A DNA stretch of 35,755 nt from Welwitschia mirabilis (taxonomy: Eukaryota): positions 14,385,948 to 14,421,702 of the forward strand of contig JBOZIK010000001.1 of assembly GCA_051453625.1 (NCBI GenBank), written 5' to 3'. A program made the translations under genes and the position numbers. The notes beneath the pieces were generated by a model, which was given only the letters and a program-made list of their open reading frames with translations, was not told the DNA's origin and made no database searches. The number at the start of each line of letters is the position of its first letter. Within the stretch, counting starts at the first letter, position 1. Below are positions 1 to 12,517 of this stretch, in pieces.

Positions 1-348
1 CTTAGCCTGTAAAAGTCCATTTGAAAAGGTTGATACTTAGCCTACACAAGTCCGTGTGTAAATGTTACAAGTGAACCTACAATATCTAGAAGAGTTAATA
101 GAGATATAGATCAGGCTTGCTAATAAGCTGATTGTCAAGAGGGGAGTAGGAGATTTCCCAGACCATTATAAAACTTGCATGCATCTAATTGGTATTTTTA
201 TGCTTTCTATTATTTTCAGTTTTCTAAATACTTTCATATTTATGCATAAGTTTTCTAGTGATTTATTTCAAGTAAGTTTTTGTCATGAGTTTATTTGAAT
301 ATTTTTAAAAACCTGTTCATCCCCTCTCTAGGGTTCCTGATCCTCACA
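1..348 (+). mobile_element. 3' part of the 5' LTR of a Ty1/copia retrotransposon, probably SIRE/Maximus lineage
   Basis: Ends ...GTTCATCCCCTCTCTAGGGTTCCTGATCCTCACA (CA at 347-348), resembling the conserved Sirevirus U5 end ATTCACCCCCTCTAG...CA. It is immediately followed by a PBS and gag. The U5-like motif GAGGGGAGTAGG...ACCATTATAAA lies at ~138-172. Confidence 0.7.
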
Positions 349-350
349 TT

Positions 351-362
351 TGGTAGCAGAGC
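351..362 (+). other. Primer-binding site (initiator tRNA-Met)
   Basis: TGGTAGCAGAGC, one mismatch to the canonical TGGTATCAGAGC, 2 nt after the LTR-terminal CA. Confidence 0.85.
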
Positions 363-406
363 TAAGTTGAGTCCATTTTTAGATTTTAACTNNNNNNNNN
401 NCAAAA

Positions 407-1745
407 ATGAGTAATCCCTCTGATGGATTTTTCATTGGTTGTCCACCTTCATTCGATGGGTTAAATTATGCATATTAGAAAGCCAGAATGAGAATATTCC
501 TTAGATCCCTAGATGCAGATATTAAAGAGATTATTTATAAAGGTTATACTATGCCTACGTTAGCAAAAACTGATACAAATGATAATACCATTCTAATTCC
601 TAAATCTCGAGTTGAATGAACTACTACCAATAAAATAAAAGCCATCACAGACGCTCATGCTCTTAATGCTATATTTTGTACAGTTTGCGTAGATGAATTT
701 AAATGTATTGTAAATTGTAATCATACAAAGGAAGTCTATGATATTCTTGAGGTCACTCATGAAGGAACTTCCACCATAAAGCAAGCCAAGCTTCAAACGC
801 TTATCTCTAGATTTGAAGATATTTACATGGATGAGGAGGAGACATTACAGGAGCTTTTTATCAGACTTATAGACATCGTCAACTCCATGGTAAGTTTAGA
901 TGAACGTTTAGATAAAGCAAAAGTGGTTAGAAAAGTACTGAGATCTCTTCCAAAGAGATTTGAACCTAAATTCATAGCCATCGAGAAAAACAAGAACATC
1001 AATACAATGGCACTAGAAGAGATTTAAGGTAATTTGCAAACTTATGAAGGATTCAAGTCTGAAAAATCAGAGGAATAACTAAATAATGATGAAGTTGCTC
1101 TTCTAGAAAGCAGGTTCAAAAAATTCTTGCACAGAAGAAAGAAGGAAGGTGAGCCAAGTAGAAGCACAAAAATAAGACATATAAAGTATATGAAGGAGCA
1201 AGACAAAAGAAAATAAATCTAATGCTACTCTTGCAAAGCATTTGGACATATGTCTAATGAGTGTCCAAACACCAAAAGAGATCATAGAAAATCAAAGAAG
1301 TCTTCATTTATTGCAAATGGAATAATGAGGATGAGGATGACAATAGTAGTTCGAATCAAGAATCAGATAAAGACAAAACACTATCTTTTATAACAATTGT
1401 ACCTCCACTTCAAAATTTACCTCGAACATTAGAGCTTGATGATTTGGATATAATTAATGAAAAACAGGATGGGCTAGAAGATACTTGTCAAGAACTGTAT
1501 GAGGAATGTGAAAATTTGGTAAGAAAAATAAATGATCTGAATAATGTTATAAAGTCCTTTACCAAAGAGAAGGAGGAAATAAAATCAAAGTATAAATTAC
1601 TCAAATCTGACAACTCTGATCTCATGTTACAGGTAAAAGATTTATCTTTTTTTGTGTTAATAAATTTTCTAGTGGTTCTTCCAAATTAGAACAGATGCCT
1701 GGAGTTCAGAAACCTGCTGGTGATAAATCAGGTATTGGTTTCATA
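407..1745 (+). pseudogene. Decayed copia gag (SIRE-like)
   Basis: ATG at 407 gives MSNPSDGFFIGCPPSFDGLNYAY*KARMRIFLRSLD (copia gag N-terminus, W->stop). The same frame holds the UBN2-like ORF 827-1027 (KVVRKVLRSLPKRF). A CCHC zinc knuckle CYSCKAFGHMSNEC lies at 1223-1264, a coiled-coil-like ORF at 1444-1689, and a SIRE-type GSSKLEQM..QKP..DKSGIGF motif at ~1675-1743. Several stops and frameshifts; no pol follows. Confidence 0.85.
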
Positions 1746-2107
1746 CCTTAAAATTCACAAGGTCAGAAAAAAGCATGTAACTTGGCAAAGTTGTGGAAAG
1801 ACAAGACCTTTAAAACTCTTTTGCTGCTACATGGGTTGGGCTCAGATGATCTAGTTTGATCAGGGCAACTATATAAGCACTGACCATAGATTTTCACCTG
1901 TAACTTGGTGCATGTATCCACAAGCACTGCATCTGTCACTAGACTGTCAATTGTTGCTTGCGTTACATCAATGCACTGCGAGTCTAAACAGCACAATGGA
2001 GTAAGTGTCCATAGCCTTTCCCTTCCCTTGTCAACCCCATCTAGCCCATCATTTAGTATGGTCTCTTAACACACAACCCAGGTCTTGGTGACTAGCAAAG
2101 TTGAGAT

Positions 2108-2490
2108 TGGAGGGGGGGATATAATAGGTATCTATGGCCGTTGCATACTAGCGACTATACACATGGCTTGCTTATGTCATGTACGACTAGATGGTGGTGT
2201 TGTCTATAAAGCTCGCAATGAAGGAAGTTCTCGAGTTGAGTACACTATTCAAAGTGCATGAACCTTGTAAAAGAGTTGTATTGAGTACGCTATTCAAAGT
2301 GCATGAACCTTGCAAAAGAGTTGTAATGCCTTACACATTTGTTGGTCAATGTCAAAAGGGGTCATCTAGTTGAGACGTGCAAGATGCATCTTAGTTTTAC
2401 CTTGCTAGTCTATATAATTACACCCTTCCCTTTGGGAATGACTAACATTGGAAAGAGAAGATATTTTTGATTAATAAAAATAAATTATTT
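2108..2490 (+). mobile_element. Possible LTR remnant of a second retroelement
   Basis: A polypurine run GGAGGGGGGGA (~2109-2119) is followed by TATAATAGG (possibly a decayed TG start), an internal 45-bp duplication and CTATATAA at ~2410. No partner LTR identified. Confidence 0.3.
2236..2325. repeat. Tandem duplication, 2 x 45 bp
   Basis: TTGAGTACRCTATTCAAAGTGCATGAACCTTGYAAAAGAGTTGTA at 2236-2280 and 2281-2325, 2 mismatches. Confidence 0.95.
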
Positions 2491-2599
2491 ATTCTTTTTT
2501 CCCTTTTCCAATGTGTCATTATGGAGATCCTGACTGTGCATTTAATTTTCCACTTCGATATTTTCAATTTCACAATATTTTTAATAATTTCAAGCCATT

Positions 2600-4360
2600 C
2601 AATTGCCAAATTAATTTTAAAACGTTGGTAACATTGCCAATTTCAATACGCAAACGGAAACTGTTACATGTTCGCATTCTCTTTCTGCTGCGCCACTTTC
2701 CCTTTGGCTCTATTTCCGGAATAGTTATTTCTGCAGAAAAGTGCGGTACGCGAAAATACTACGAAACAGGGCGCATATTTATACAGAAACACCATTAATC
2801 TCCATGAAATAGATCTGATATAAAATTTACCTAAACGAAGGGACACGCAAGCAAACTGGTTACAAGCCAAGGTATATCCGACCCTTGCAACAGCTCTGCG
2901 TTTTGCAAATAAAGAAATCGAAGCACGAGATTCACGTATACGATCTGCAAATTATCATATGCGGAGGAGGGCGTTTGCGTGTCTGAAGAGAACTTGATGA
3001 TATGACGTATCACAGGCAACCTGAGAGAACTCCCAGGGCTTATCAGAGCGCTATTCTTTTTAATGGAATAGTGACAGACCCGATGGTTTTGAGACTTTCT
3101 AGATAATTGTGCGTCTCATGTTGATCGTCGATTTACGACCGGGCACTGACTCGGTGCTCACTGCGTCGTCCACGTCAGCCAATCATTGTCCAGAATTTTT
3201 GCTTCGCTGCGTGTTTCATCGCGTCGCTGAATGAGCCCACGGATGACCGAACACTTGTCGGTTGGTAGATCCACTTGCAGAAAAAGCTTAAACGCAACGC
3301 CATCCTGGAGTCAAAGGCATGAAGTCGTTCATTTTAAGAAATTAGAATTCCTTTTTGTCCGAAATGGCGAATTTCCGATCAGGGTTGCTTGTGCGGATAT
3401 CATTCTCTCACAGGTATTAGAAAATGGAATATTAGAAACGTAGATTACCAGGTGATTTGAATGTTGCCGACTTCTCAGATTGTGACCATGTTCAACGCTC
3501 TATTGGAAAGGACTTGCTAGGTGCCGATTCTTGTTTTCATGACTGCAATTTCCGATGCGCCGGAACTTCGGCTTCGTGAGGCATGCATCTTCTCGAAGCA
3601 AACTTTACAAAAATGTGGCGCAAAGTTTCCAGCGACATTAAACCGCTAAATTTTTACATCTGGAACAACGCCTAGAGTTTGTTCGTCACGGAAATTCTTC
3701 AAAGGACTGTTCTTTCCCAAAACGAGGAAGCAGCGCAGCAGGTGAGTTTTTAATGACACAGCATTCAGAAGTTAACAAGCGGAAACGTAAAGGAGCATCG
3801 CGTCTGTAAATCAAACAACAAGAGAAACAAGAAGAATGATTAGCTCAATGATTAGAATCAAGAAGTTACGTGACGAAAGGAAAATATTAGAGATCGAAAG
3901 GAACGACGCAAACACAGAATTCCATATTGTAAGCGAGGCGACAGGAATACCTCATTAAAAGCATGATTTTCAGAGTGAAAGAAACTAAAGACCGTATGAA
4001 AATGAGCTTTCAGAGAGAGAATCCTGCTCTTTGCGCATAAACGCCTTTCGTCGAACGACGATTATAGTAGTTAAACCAAAGAAGAAAAACGATTACAAAT
4101 GTATGCTTTTCTGCAGAAATTACCAAATCCTCTTTTAATGAAGCATGCTTCTACTTTGACGAAAGATCTTTAAGCATAATTGAAAAATCGGCAGCACAAG
4201 GACCTCCATGGCCGAGAACTGCAGCAAAGAGATTCCATAGCAATCAAGAACAACATATTGCATACAGGGACTTGCAGAAAACCTCAGTTTCGCTGAAATC
4301 ACGCAATCTGAGTAATATGTGAATTTCCGTAAGCGTATTTTGCAAGTTCATAAGTTTATA
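2600..4360 (-). other. CpG-retaining island with candidate spliced minus-strand transcript (lncRNA or small-ORF gene)
   Basis: Abundant CpG compared with the flanks. On the minus strand: TATAAA at 4360-4355 and a GT-AG intron at 3950-3804 (AG|GTATTC donor, U-rich body, CTAAT branch-like site, TTTACAG acceptor). No long ORF. Confidence 0.4.
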
Positions 4361-7300
4361 GCTTAGTTTCTCTCTTTTCAGTTATGTAATGAACGCCAAA
4401 AAAGAACCCGCTTATTATAACAGGAATTTCAAACCAGAACGATGCTCCGTCTGAATGCGAACAAAGGCAGAAAACAACAACTTAAAAAAATTATTATTAT
4501 TTTTTAAGTGGGAAGTCTCACACTGCACAGAAGTACTGTTTCCGTGCCCTATACTCAATTTCAAAGCATTTTCTTCAATTAACTCGTCCTTCATTATAAC
4601 AAAACATAAATACTATTAAACCAAAGAAATATAAACTAGAAATACTAATGTTGGTTCTCTCACTATAGTTTCATTGAATTGCATTAAGGAATATGACAGA
4701 AAGCCTTCTTTGTTAGATGACTCATTTATTATACTACTTATGTTTAATAGTTTGAAAAGATATTGTTAGTACTCTTAGATTAAATTAATTAGAAGGATAC
4801 TCTTTAAAGTTATTTTTGTATTCATGAGAGGGAATATTGCATTAATATTAAAAAGGATAGGCTTCTTTGTGTAAAAAAACACGTTAATAGAATATAGAAT
4901 ATGACAAATGAATACATGATATTACTTAAATATTAATTACTTAAATTATTTATCCTAACATCATATGTTTTTGTAGGTGAAATGCTTATAATGCTCTAAA
5001 TTATATTTATGACATCAAATAATTAACAAACATAAAATATTTGTAACATGTCTAAGTATTAATTGTTATTTAAAATTAGAAGTTCATGATAGTATGCTCA
5101 CAGGGAACATATCCTTGTAATACTTAATAAAATGAATCAAACACTTATGACATATAAAGTATTTTAAAAAGGATATTTTATTAATTAAATAAATATAAAT
5201 GTATTCAAAATATAGAATAAATTTTAAATGAGTACAAGTTTGAGATGAAATTAATGTTTCAAGATCGAATTTCTTATGTTGCTATGTTGATAGTTAATAC
5301 CATGATGCTTGAAACATTGAATATCTCATCAAAGATAAATAAGATGCTTGAAAATTCTCTTGGAATGTTGATAATTCAAGTGGATCATAAAATCTCTTGA
5401 ATCTACTATTATCATGTCCTTGAAAATGTGGACTTCTTGTTAATTATAGCTAAGTTTTCATATTCATCCCCTAGTCCAAAGTGATACACTTCACTTTAGT
5501 ACAACATTCTTAAATAAGTATATTACGTAGACATTTATTTAGAAGAAGTTAACTGTGAAAAATCATACCATACTCCTTAAAGTTTGTAGTTTTCTTCGCT
5601 TGATGAAAACAAATGAATAGCCTCATCACCTCAAAAGCTAGCCATCAATTATTAACTAGAGTTATGAAGCTAACATGTGTAATATCTTCATTAGAATTTA
5701 CCACTATTGTTATACATTTGAAATTTTCAATCAATAAACTCATAGGATTCACAATTATTATCAAATTAATAACCTTTATAATCCTATCATCAATTACCAT
5801 GCCATTGTTACTAGACCATCATTTTAACTATTAACTTGATTTTGAAAGTAAACATCTATGCTTTAACAATAACAATTTTAACTTTATGACACTGTTTTCC
5901 TTTGAAGAGTTAAAATTATAAAGATTGACTTATAAATTTTAGGGGCAAAATTTACACTAGGTTACTTCTTTCATACAAGTCATAGGGAAGAATGAGGTAT
6001 GAAGGTAGGATTGCATTCTCAATTAATAGTAAACATATATTTCAATATTATAGTAAATGTATATGAAAAAGTTAATAGATCAATTACTAACTAGAACACA
6101 CAGAACTTTCTTATAGATAGCATTATTTGAGCATACCTTAAAGTTTTGTTATATATTTCATACATGCAAAAACATGCCCTTGTAAATTTGGTTATACAAT
6201 TATATTTAGCTCCATAGGTATGCTTGCTATGCATGTGGCTATTATTGATTTAAGATAATTAATATCATATGCTTAAATATTAATGTATTTAGTACATTAA
6301 TTAAACTAGTAATCAGCATGTTTTTAGTTATAAATATCAAAATATACAGTGACTTTAAACTCATTTTGTGTATAGTTTTACTAAAAAAAATCAATTATGA
6401 TTATCATTAAGAAATTGGATTATAAAATAGCTCTTCTAAATTAATCCTTTCTCAAACACAAAAGAGTAGCAGCCCTTGTATACTTTGTCATTGGACGAGG
6501 TAGGTAGAGACAAGCTTAGTGATGGTTAAGTTGTAAGCATCTTTTAGCTTTTAATATGGTTGTATTAAGAAAGTTGATTTAGTAGCTTAATAGTTTTGAT
6601 AAATCATGGGTCAACATCATGAAATCAAAATACTAATATAATTATGTGTAGTTAAAAGACTATTCCATAATTATTCATGCATCTTGAGTGTCAATGGGTT
6701 TGAAAAAATTAAGATCCCCTATTTTGAACATTATGAGGAGGAGACAAAGAAGTATACATTTAAAGAAGGTTATAGTACAATGCATTTATCTCAAATAAAT
6801 CATATGTCGATAATTTTTAGGATATTATTACTCCTTAAGCATTAAATTTTTCTTAGTATAGTCTTATTAAAGAAGCTACCTATAAAAGCTTATTTGGAAG
6901 AAATGGGACTAACATTCTGCGATAGCATACCTTTTATGATACTTATGAAATAGTTCATCATATTTTCTTTATTGCACCTATATTAAGAAGTTTAATAAAA
7001 GAATTGAGAGTCTCACAAACTTTAACTTCAAGCACATATAATTGAAATGTTTTTGAAAGGTGGAAAGTAAATAGCAGTGCTATAAAGAATCCTTTGCATG
7101 ATGAATTCTATTCATAACTCTATGGTACAAGGATTTGAGGGAATGCAATCAAATTGTCTTGAAATTAAAAAAGAAAAAAGATAAATTGGCTCTTTAATAT
7201 TTCATTTTTTTGAAAATGGAGAAATCCAGTAAGAATCTAGTTTGGAATTTGAGCCTTTGGCAAATTCAAATATCTTCTTTTACTAACATGTAGGTCAAGA

Positions 7301-8399
7301 CAAAATAATAGTAACAATGGGAAAATATAGCTTTAGCACAGATCTAGATAAAATAAACATAATTGTAGAAACTCCAAAATAGAACAACAACAATAATAGG
7401 ACCTTTCATCTACTTTAGTTTCAGACCTATAAAATTTGTATAATTGATGTAACTACCTTTGCTTAAGACTCTATTTTTATTCTATTTAGTTGATGCATTA
7501 ATCTCTTTAGTCTTTTAGCTCTAGAATCTTATTTCTTTTCATGAAGATGTTATAATCTTTATTGCCTTTTACAACCCTTTAATGAAAAAGGGATTTTCAT
7601 TTTCTCATTAAGGGGGAAACATAAGAGAATTTTTAAAATAATGTGTAATGAATAATTTATCATGAAGTACATTACTTACACATTTAAAAAATTATAAAAA
7701 ATTCTACATATTGAAATCATTCATATAAGAAATCCCTTTCATGATCACAACCTAAAATTGTATTTAAAGTGAGATAACCTAGTAAGATATCCTTAGAATT
7801 AAACAAACCTAACAAAAACATTAAAACTTTTTTCTGAGTATTATAATAATAATAATTACATAAAATAATTCTTTGTATGTGATAGTAGGACATAAAAGAT
7901 TAGAATTGCTTCTATGATGATCTTCTTAATGCGGTTATGAAATAAGTAATCACCATAAATCTACACAAAACAAAAGTAAAAATAGAAATTTGTGTTTTAA
8001 GAAAGGATAACCCAGTTTTTCATGAAAAAATCAAAAGATGAAAAAATGAAAATCAAACTCTAGCCAATAGGATGGTAGTCTATCTAATGGGAACACTTGT
8101 CTTCCATTTATGCTTGAATCTTTGGATGCCATATATGACATACATGAGGCCCTAAGAATAATTAAGTAATTTATTTGAATGATCGTAATGGCTACACTCT
8201 AGGAAGATGTACAATCACTAGAGCTTTATGTTTAACACGTCGCCCCAACAATCAAAACTCCAAAGATTGAAAAACAATAATAGGGGAGTAAACCTAATAA
8301 ACTAAAGATCAATGTGTTATCTGTCTTTTGCCAAAATTATACAATTTGCTTCTCCCTCCACTCAATTAGAGACCAATTACTTTATTTAGATAGGTATAG

Positions 8400-9400
8400 C
8401 ATGAAAAAAGGATACTAATCAAGATATCATCTTTTTTAAAGTATATTGAGCAGAAGCTCATGATAGAATTAAATGAAATTTCATATTATATTTCATGTGA
8501 AAACTAATGATTTGGAAAGGTTTTGATTCATATGATAAATGATTTATCCAAGGACGCAAATGCTTATGTTACCATGACATGATGTATTAGTGCTAATTTT
8601 TTTTATTAAAAGATCTATAAGGTAGAGATTGTTTTTGGCTCCTATTTTTTTATCACGGCAAGAAACTTTCTATGTCATGTTATTTAAAAGGATGAGTAGG
8701 ATAATCTCATTCATAATATTTATATTGGTAAAAATTCAATGCATCTTATCAATGTGGACTTTGCAAATGAATCCTTATTTTTTCTTAAAAATTCTCAAGA
8801 TTTAATTACGTAGATACTCTCTAGGATTAATATTTATTATTCTATCTTTGGTTCTAAGATTAATTGAAAAAATTCTTTATTATTTACTATTTTCAGAAAT
8901 TATACATGGCTTGTCTTAAATCGTGGAGATTGTTCAAGATGATGAAGTGGTTCAAATGCTTGAAATTTGCTTTTCTTTTAAGAGACTTGTAATAAACTAT
9001 GAAAATGATTATTAATAAATTAAATTTTAAAGTAGATAAATGAAAAGCTAAAAGATCACAATAACTCAGAAATACTTAGTCTGTAAAAATATTTTATCTA
9101 CTGCTCATATCTATTATTCCTTTTTCTGACTAATACTCCTTTAAGTTATAAGTAAACTGAAAGGTTATTTCATCACTTCATATGGTTAGATAATAAGGAT
9201 AATAAAGGATTTCACAAAGTTGTATGAATGATTTATTACTTACCTAAGAAAAGGGAAGGTTTAGGCTTTTACGCTTTCTACAAGATATCTTCCTTTATGA
9301 TAAGTGGTTATCTTATTTTTTTGGCTCCATATGATTTTAGTATAGATTAGTCTTCAAATGATTAAAGACCACTTATTTAAAGCACAGATTAAGTTGAAAA
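8400..9400 (+). mobile_element. Highly decayed LINE (L1-like) reverse transcriptase remnant
   Basis: KVY*AEAHDRIK*NFIL at 8438-8488 resembles KxDLEKAYDRVxWxFL. A GL...SPYFF-like segment at ~8750-8785 resembles GLRQGDPLSPYLF, an LFxDD-like segment lies at ~8930-8945, and PKKREGLGF at ~9243-9269 resembles PKxEGGLG. The motifs are in the expected order; boundaries are uncertain. Confidence 0.5.
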
Positions 9401-11644
9401 AGTATTCATCTAATTAATTGGTTTACGCCTTCAATGAATGTCAAGATTTAAGGGTCTGTTATTCTTAAAGTATTCATCTAATTAACTTGTATGAAAATGA
9501 TTAATAACATATTTCGAAGAATGTTTCTATCCTTCTAGGTTATAGGATGTAGTTCCATGGTTGTTACCTTTTAAATGGCACTCCAATTTCTTCTTTAAGA
9601 TATTGATTAGCATCTCATTAGTTTAATAGGGATGTAATTTCTCTTTTATATTTTTGCTTGAGTAATCAATGAATTTCATAAGAAACCTTTTAGTAACTCT
9701 ATTGTAGCTCAAAGGATTAAAAATGTTTTTAATTTTAACTTCTCTTGGATTTCTAATGCAATTCATGTTTAAGCTAATTTGTTTTTAGTTCTAAGCTTAA
9801 TACAGTGGAAAGATGACACTCATTTTAATTCTTATGGAGTAAAATAAAAGTATCACATGCCTATGAAAGACACATCCATGAAGAATCATTGTGATAAATT
9901 ATGACATACTTTACACTTAAAGAACCAATGAATATCAAGAGCTTAAACCATTTGAAAATTACTCGCCTTTCCAAATCAACAACACTAGTTGTGGTATCTT
10001 CTTTATTAAATCTCTACCTATTGATAAAAGGCTTCTTCATGTGGAATTCTTAGCTAGTACTTGCCCTTATTACAATAATGAAGATGTTTTTCACATTACT
10101 TCATTCATTTCTTCATGGCTTAAAAGGCTTGGAGATGAGTTTATACCTTTCTAAGGATATCATTCAAGATGGAGGCATATTCATCTTAGAGATCTACTAA
10201 ATCTTTTAAGGAACCATTGATTCATTTCGAAATGTATTAGATCCTGCATCCTTTACAGAATCTAGAAACACTGATGCAATCGTGGTTTTCAAAGAATCAA
10301 TAACTCTACTTTTTAAACTTAATATTTAAGGTTTTTTTTATTTTGTAAAGTATTTCTTTTCAAATCCACCCTTAGTTAATAAAAACACAGTTAAGAGGCT
10401 AATTATCTCCTCTATCTATAAGTTAGATGGGCATTACTTAGTTTCATGAGTGCCTCCTTGAAATTTGAATGTTTTGCAGCATCTGATTTTTGTTTAAATA
10501 TTGATGCTAATCCTTGCATAGCCTATATCCAATAAACAAAGGAAAGAGTACGAGAGTGATTTTATACCACATGATGATCATGTAGTAAAAGGTGCTTAAA
10601 GCTATTTTATTACTTTCAAAGAGTTTATCTTTGGTTATGTTGATGTATTACCTTCTTATAGAAATTTTGTTTTAATTGCATTGGCTTTATAACCTTGTTA
10701 TAAGCTTATTAATTTTATACTTACTAAGTATTTTAGATGCTTTTAAAGATTAATATTGCATTACTATTTGAGTTCCAACAACCCCATAGGAGTGTAATGT
10801 ATTTCCTTTTTAATTTTTAATTTTTGTAAGTTATCAGCAAAGAGAATTGAAGGCTTCCAACCAACATTTTATCTATACTAAAGCATATTGTCATTTTAAA
10901 TATTAAAGGTAAAAATTTTGAATAACAAAAATAATTAAAAACTTTCTTAAATTTGTTAAAAATAATTTTCAAAAACTTAAAATATTATTATTAATTAAAA
11001 TTAAACTTATAACCGCTTGAATAAAACCTAAAACCATTTTAAAAATAAATATCAAATAATAAGCAACTAGTCAATATACACATGCGATTCTGACAGGAAT
11101 CAGTCAGCACCCGATATACACGTGATCCTGTCAGCAATCACGAGAAGTATGTTAGCCAAAGTCATGTTATATTAAAGGGTTACTCTAATCTCTCTTAAGG
11201 TACTCAAGATCAATTAGGCTTTCAACCTTTTTCTTCATATCTGCGGATTTAACTGGAACTAGTTTTTAGTTGAAAAATTTAACTGGAAAGTTTAACTTCA
11301 GTAATTAACAAAATATGGCTTAAAACTTTTCTTCTTGTCATTATGCGGACTATTGCTGCTTTAATCTCCTGTTGACAATCTTGGAATACTTTATCTGTAG
11401 TTGCATTATATTCCGCTCTCTTTAATGTAGCTATATATTAAGGTACAGCAGGTTTCTGTGTTTTTTATATGAGTTACAAGCTATAAATGCACATTTTATG
11501 GTGGAGCAGGGCCATCCCAAGCTTATTATCCTGTCAAGAAAACTAATGAACTTGATAAATATGATACAGTTTTTCATTGATAAATAACTGTTATATAATT
11601 TCACACTAATTAACTTCTTTGAATTTATGAGAAGCCTGATTTTC

Positions 11645-12517
11645 ACTGACGAATAAGTAGGCCAAAACCCACCAAAACTCTGTCAAGAGTATTCTCCAGC
11701 CCTTTTTCAAAAGTAGCCTCTTCGCTGTTGCCTGAGTGAACGAAGTTGCTTATCTAGAGGGATGAAACTTGGCTGTAAGTCCAGCTGATCGGTTGTATCT
11801 CAAGTTAATAAGGTTCTGAAAGGCCTCGCTTATCGTGTTAGAGAATGCTTCGTTTTTACAGAAAGATTCTTCTGATACCACAGCGAGTAGTGCCTTCAAA
11901 TCCAAAAGCGTTTCGGCCATGTCCTTGTCTTTAGCTTTATCGACCACAAATGCATGCCCAATAGACTTGATATATCTATTTAATAAAACACGACGCAATT
12001 CCAATGCACAGACCATTATCAAAGTACTCTGAAACATCAGTTTTCTGCAAATATCTCGCTGCCTTGGACGCATAAAATTCGCCAGTGCCTTCAAGAAATG
12101 GCTTCTCAAAACTTACAGAATAAATTCCGAGTGCAGTGAACGTCGTCAAGAGATGACTAACCACTGTCTTACCTACAACTTCTCCCATTGTCTCTTTTTG
12201 TATCAGAATCAACAGAACAGGAACAGCTTTTGCTCAACTTCTGCGGTAACGGCAAGATGCTTGCGCGAGAGCTGCAGTCACATGTCGCCAAGCGAATTTG
12301 AGATTTGCAGTTTTTTAACATTCAAGGTTTTGCCATAGTTCTGATCAGGAGCATTTTCTCACGTGATCTTGTCCAGACTTTTCAGCAAGGGTAAGAAAAA
12401 CCCCGGTTCAGAACTCTCTCCAGCAACGATTTTATTGTGGAAGAAACATGCGTTTCAGATTCCTCTGGAGCCTGCGATAAAGGTTGTCTGCCATTTTGTG
12501 TGAACAAGGTTCTCTAC
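11645..12517 (-). pseudogene. CUL4: Cullin-4-like intronless pseudogene fragment
   Basis: Across shifting frames: VENL.SHKMADNLYRRLQ, ETHVSSTIKSL, QDH.EKMLLIRTMA, SLGDM*LQLSRKHLAVTAEVEQK, HLLTTFTALGIYSVSFEKPFLEGTGEFYA, DKDMAETLLDLKA, EESFCKNEAFSNTISEAFQNLINLRYNRSAGLTAKF, LDKQLR, LENTLDRVLV. These are collinear with plant CUL4 motifs as I recall them (KMFTALGIYxESFEKPFLE; EESFxKNEAFxNTIKDAFEHLINLRQNRPAELIAKF). Multiple frameshifts and stops. Confidence 0.9.

Noticed and set aside
4258..4278. miR160-like stretch (GCATACAGGGA; minus strand TCCCTGTATGC)
   Set aside because: Only the 3' half of miR160 matches, the 5' half does not, and the surrounding fold-back is short and poorly paired.
4700..8400. 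AT-rich stretch possibly continuing the LINE or other TEs
   Set aside because: Too decayed to assign any motif by eye; left unannotated.
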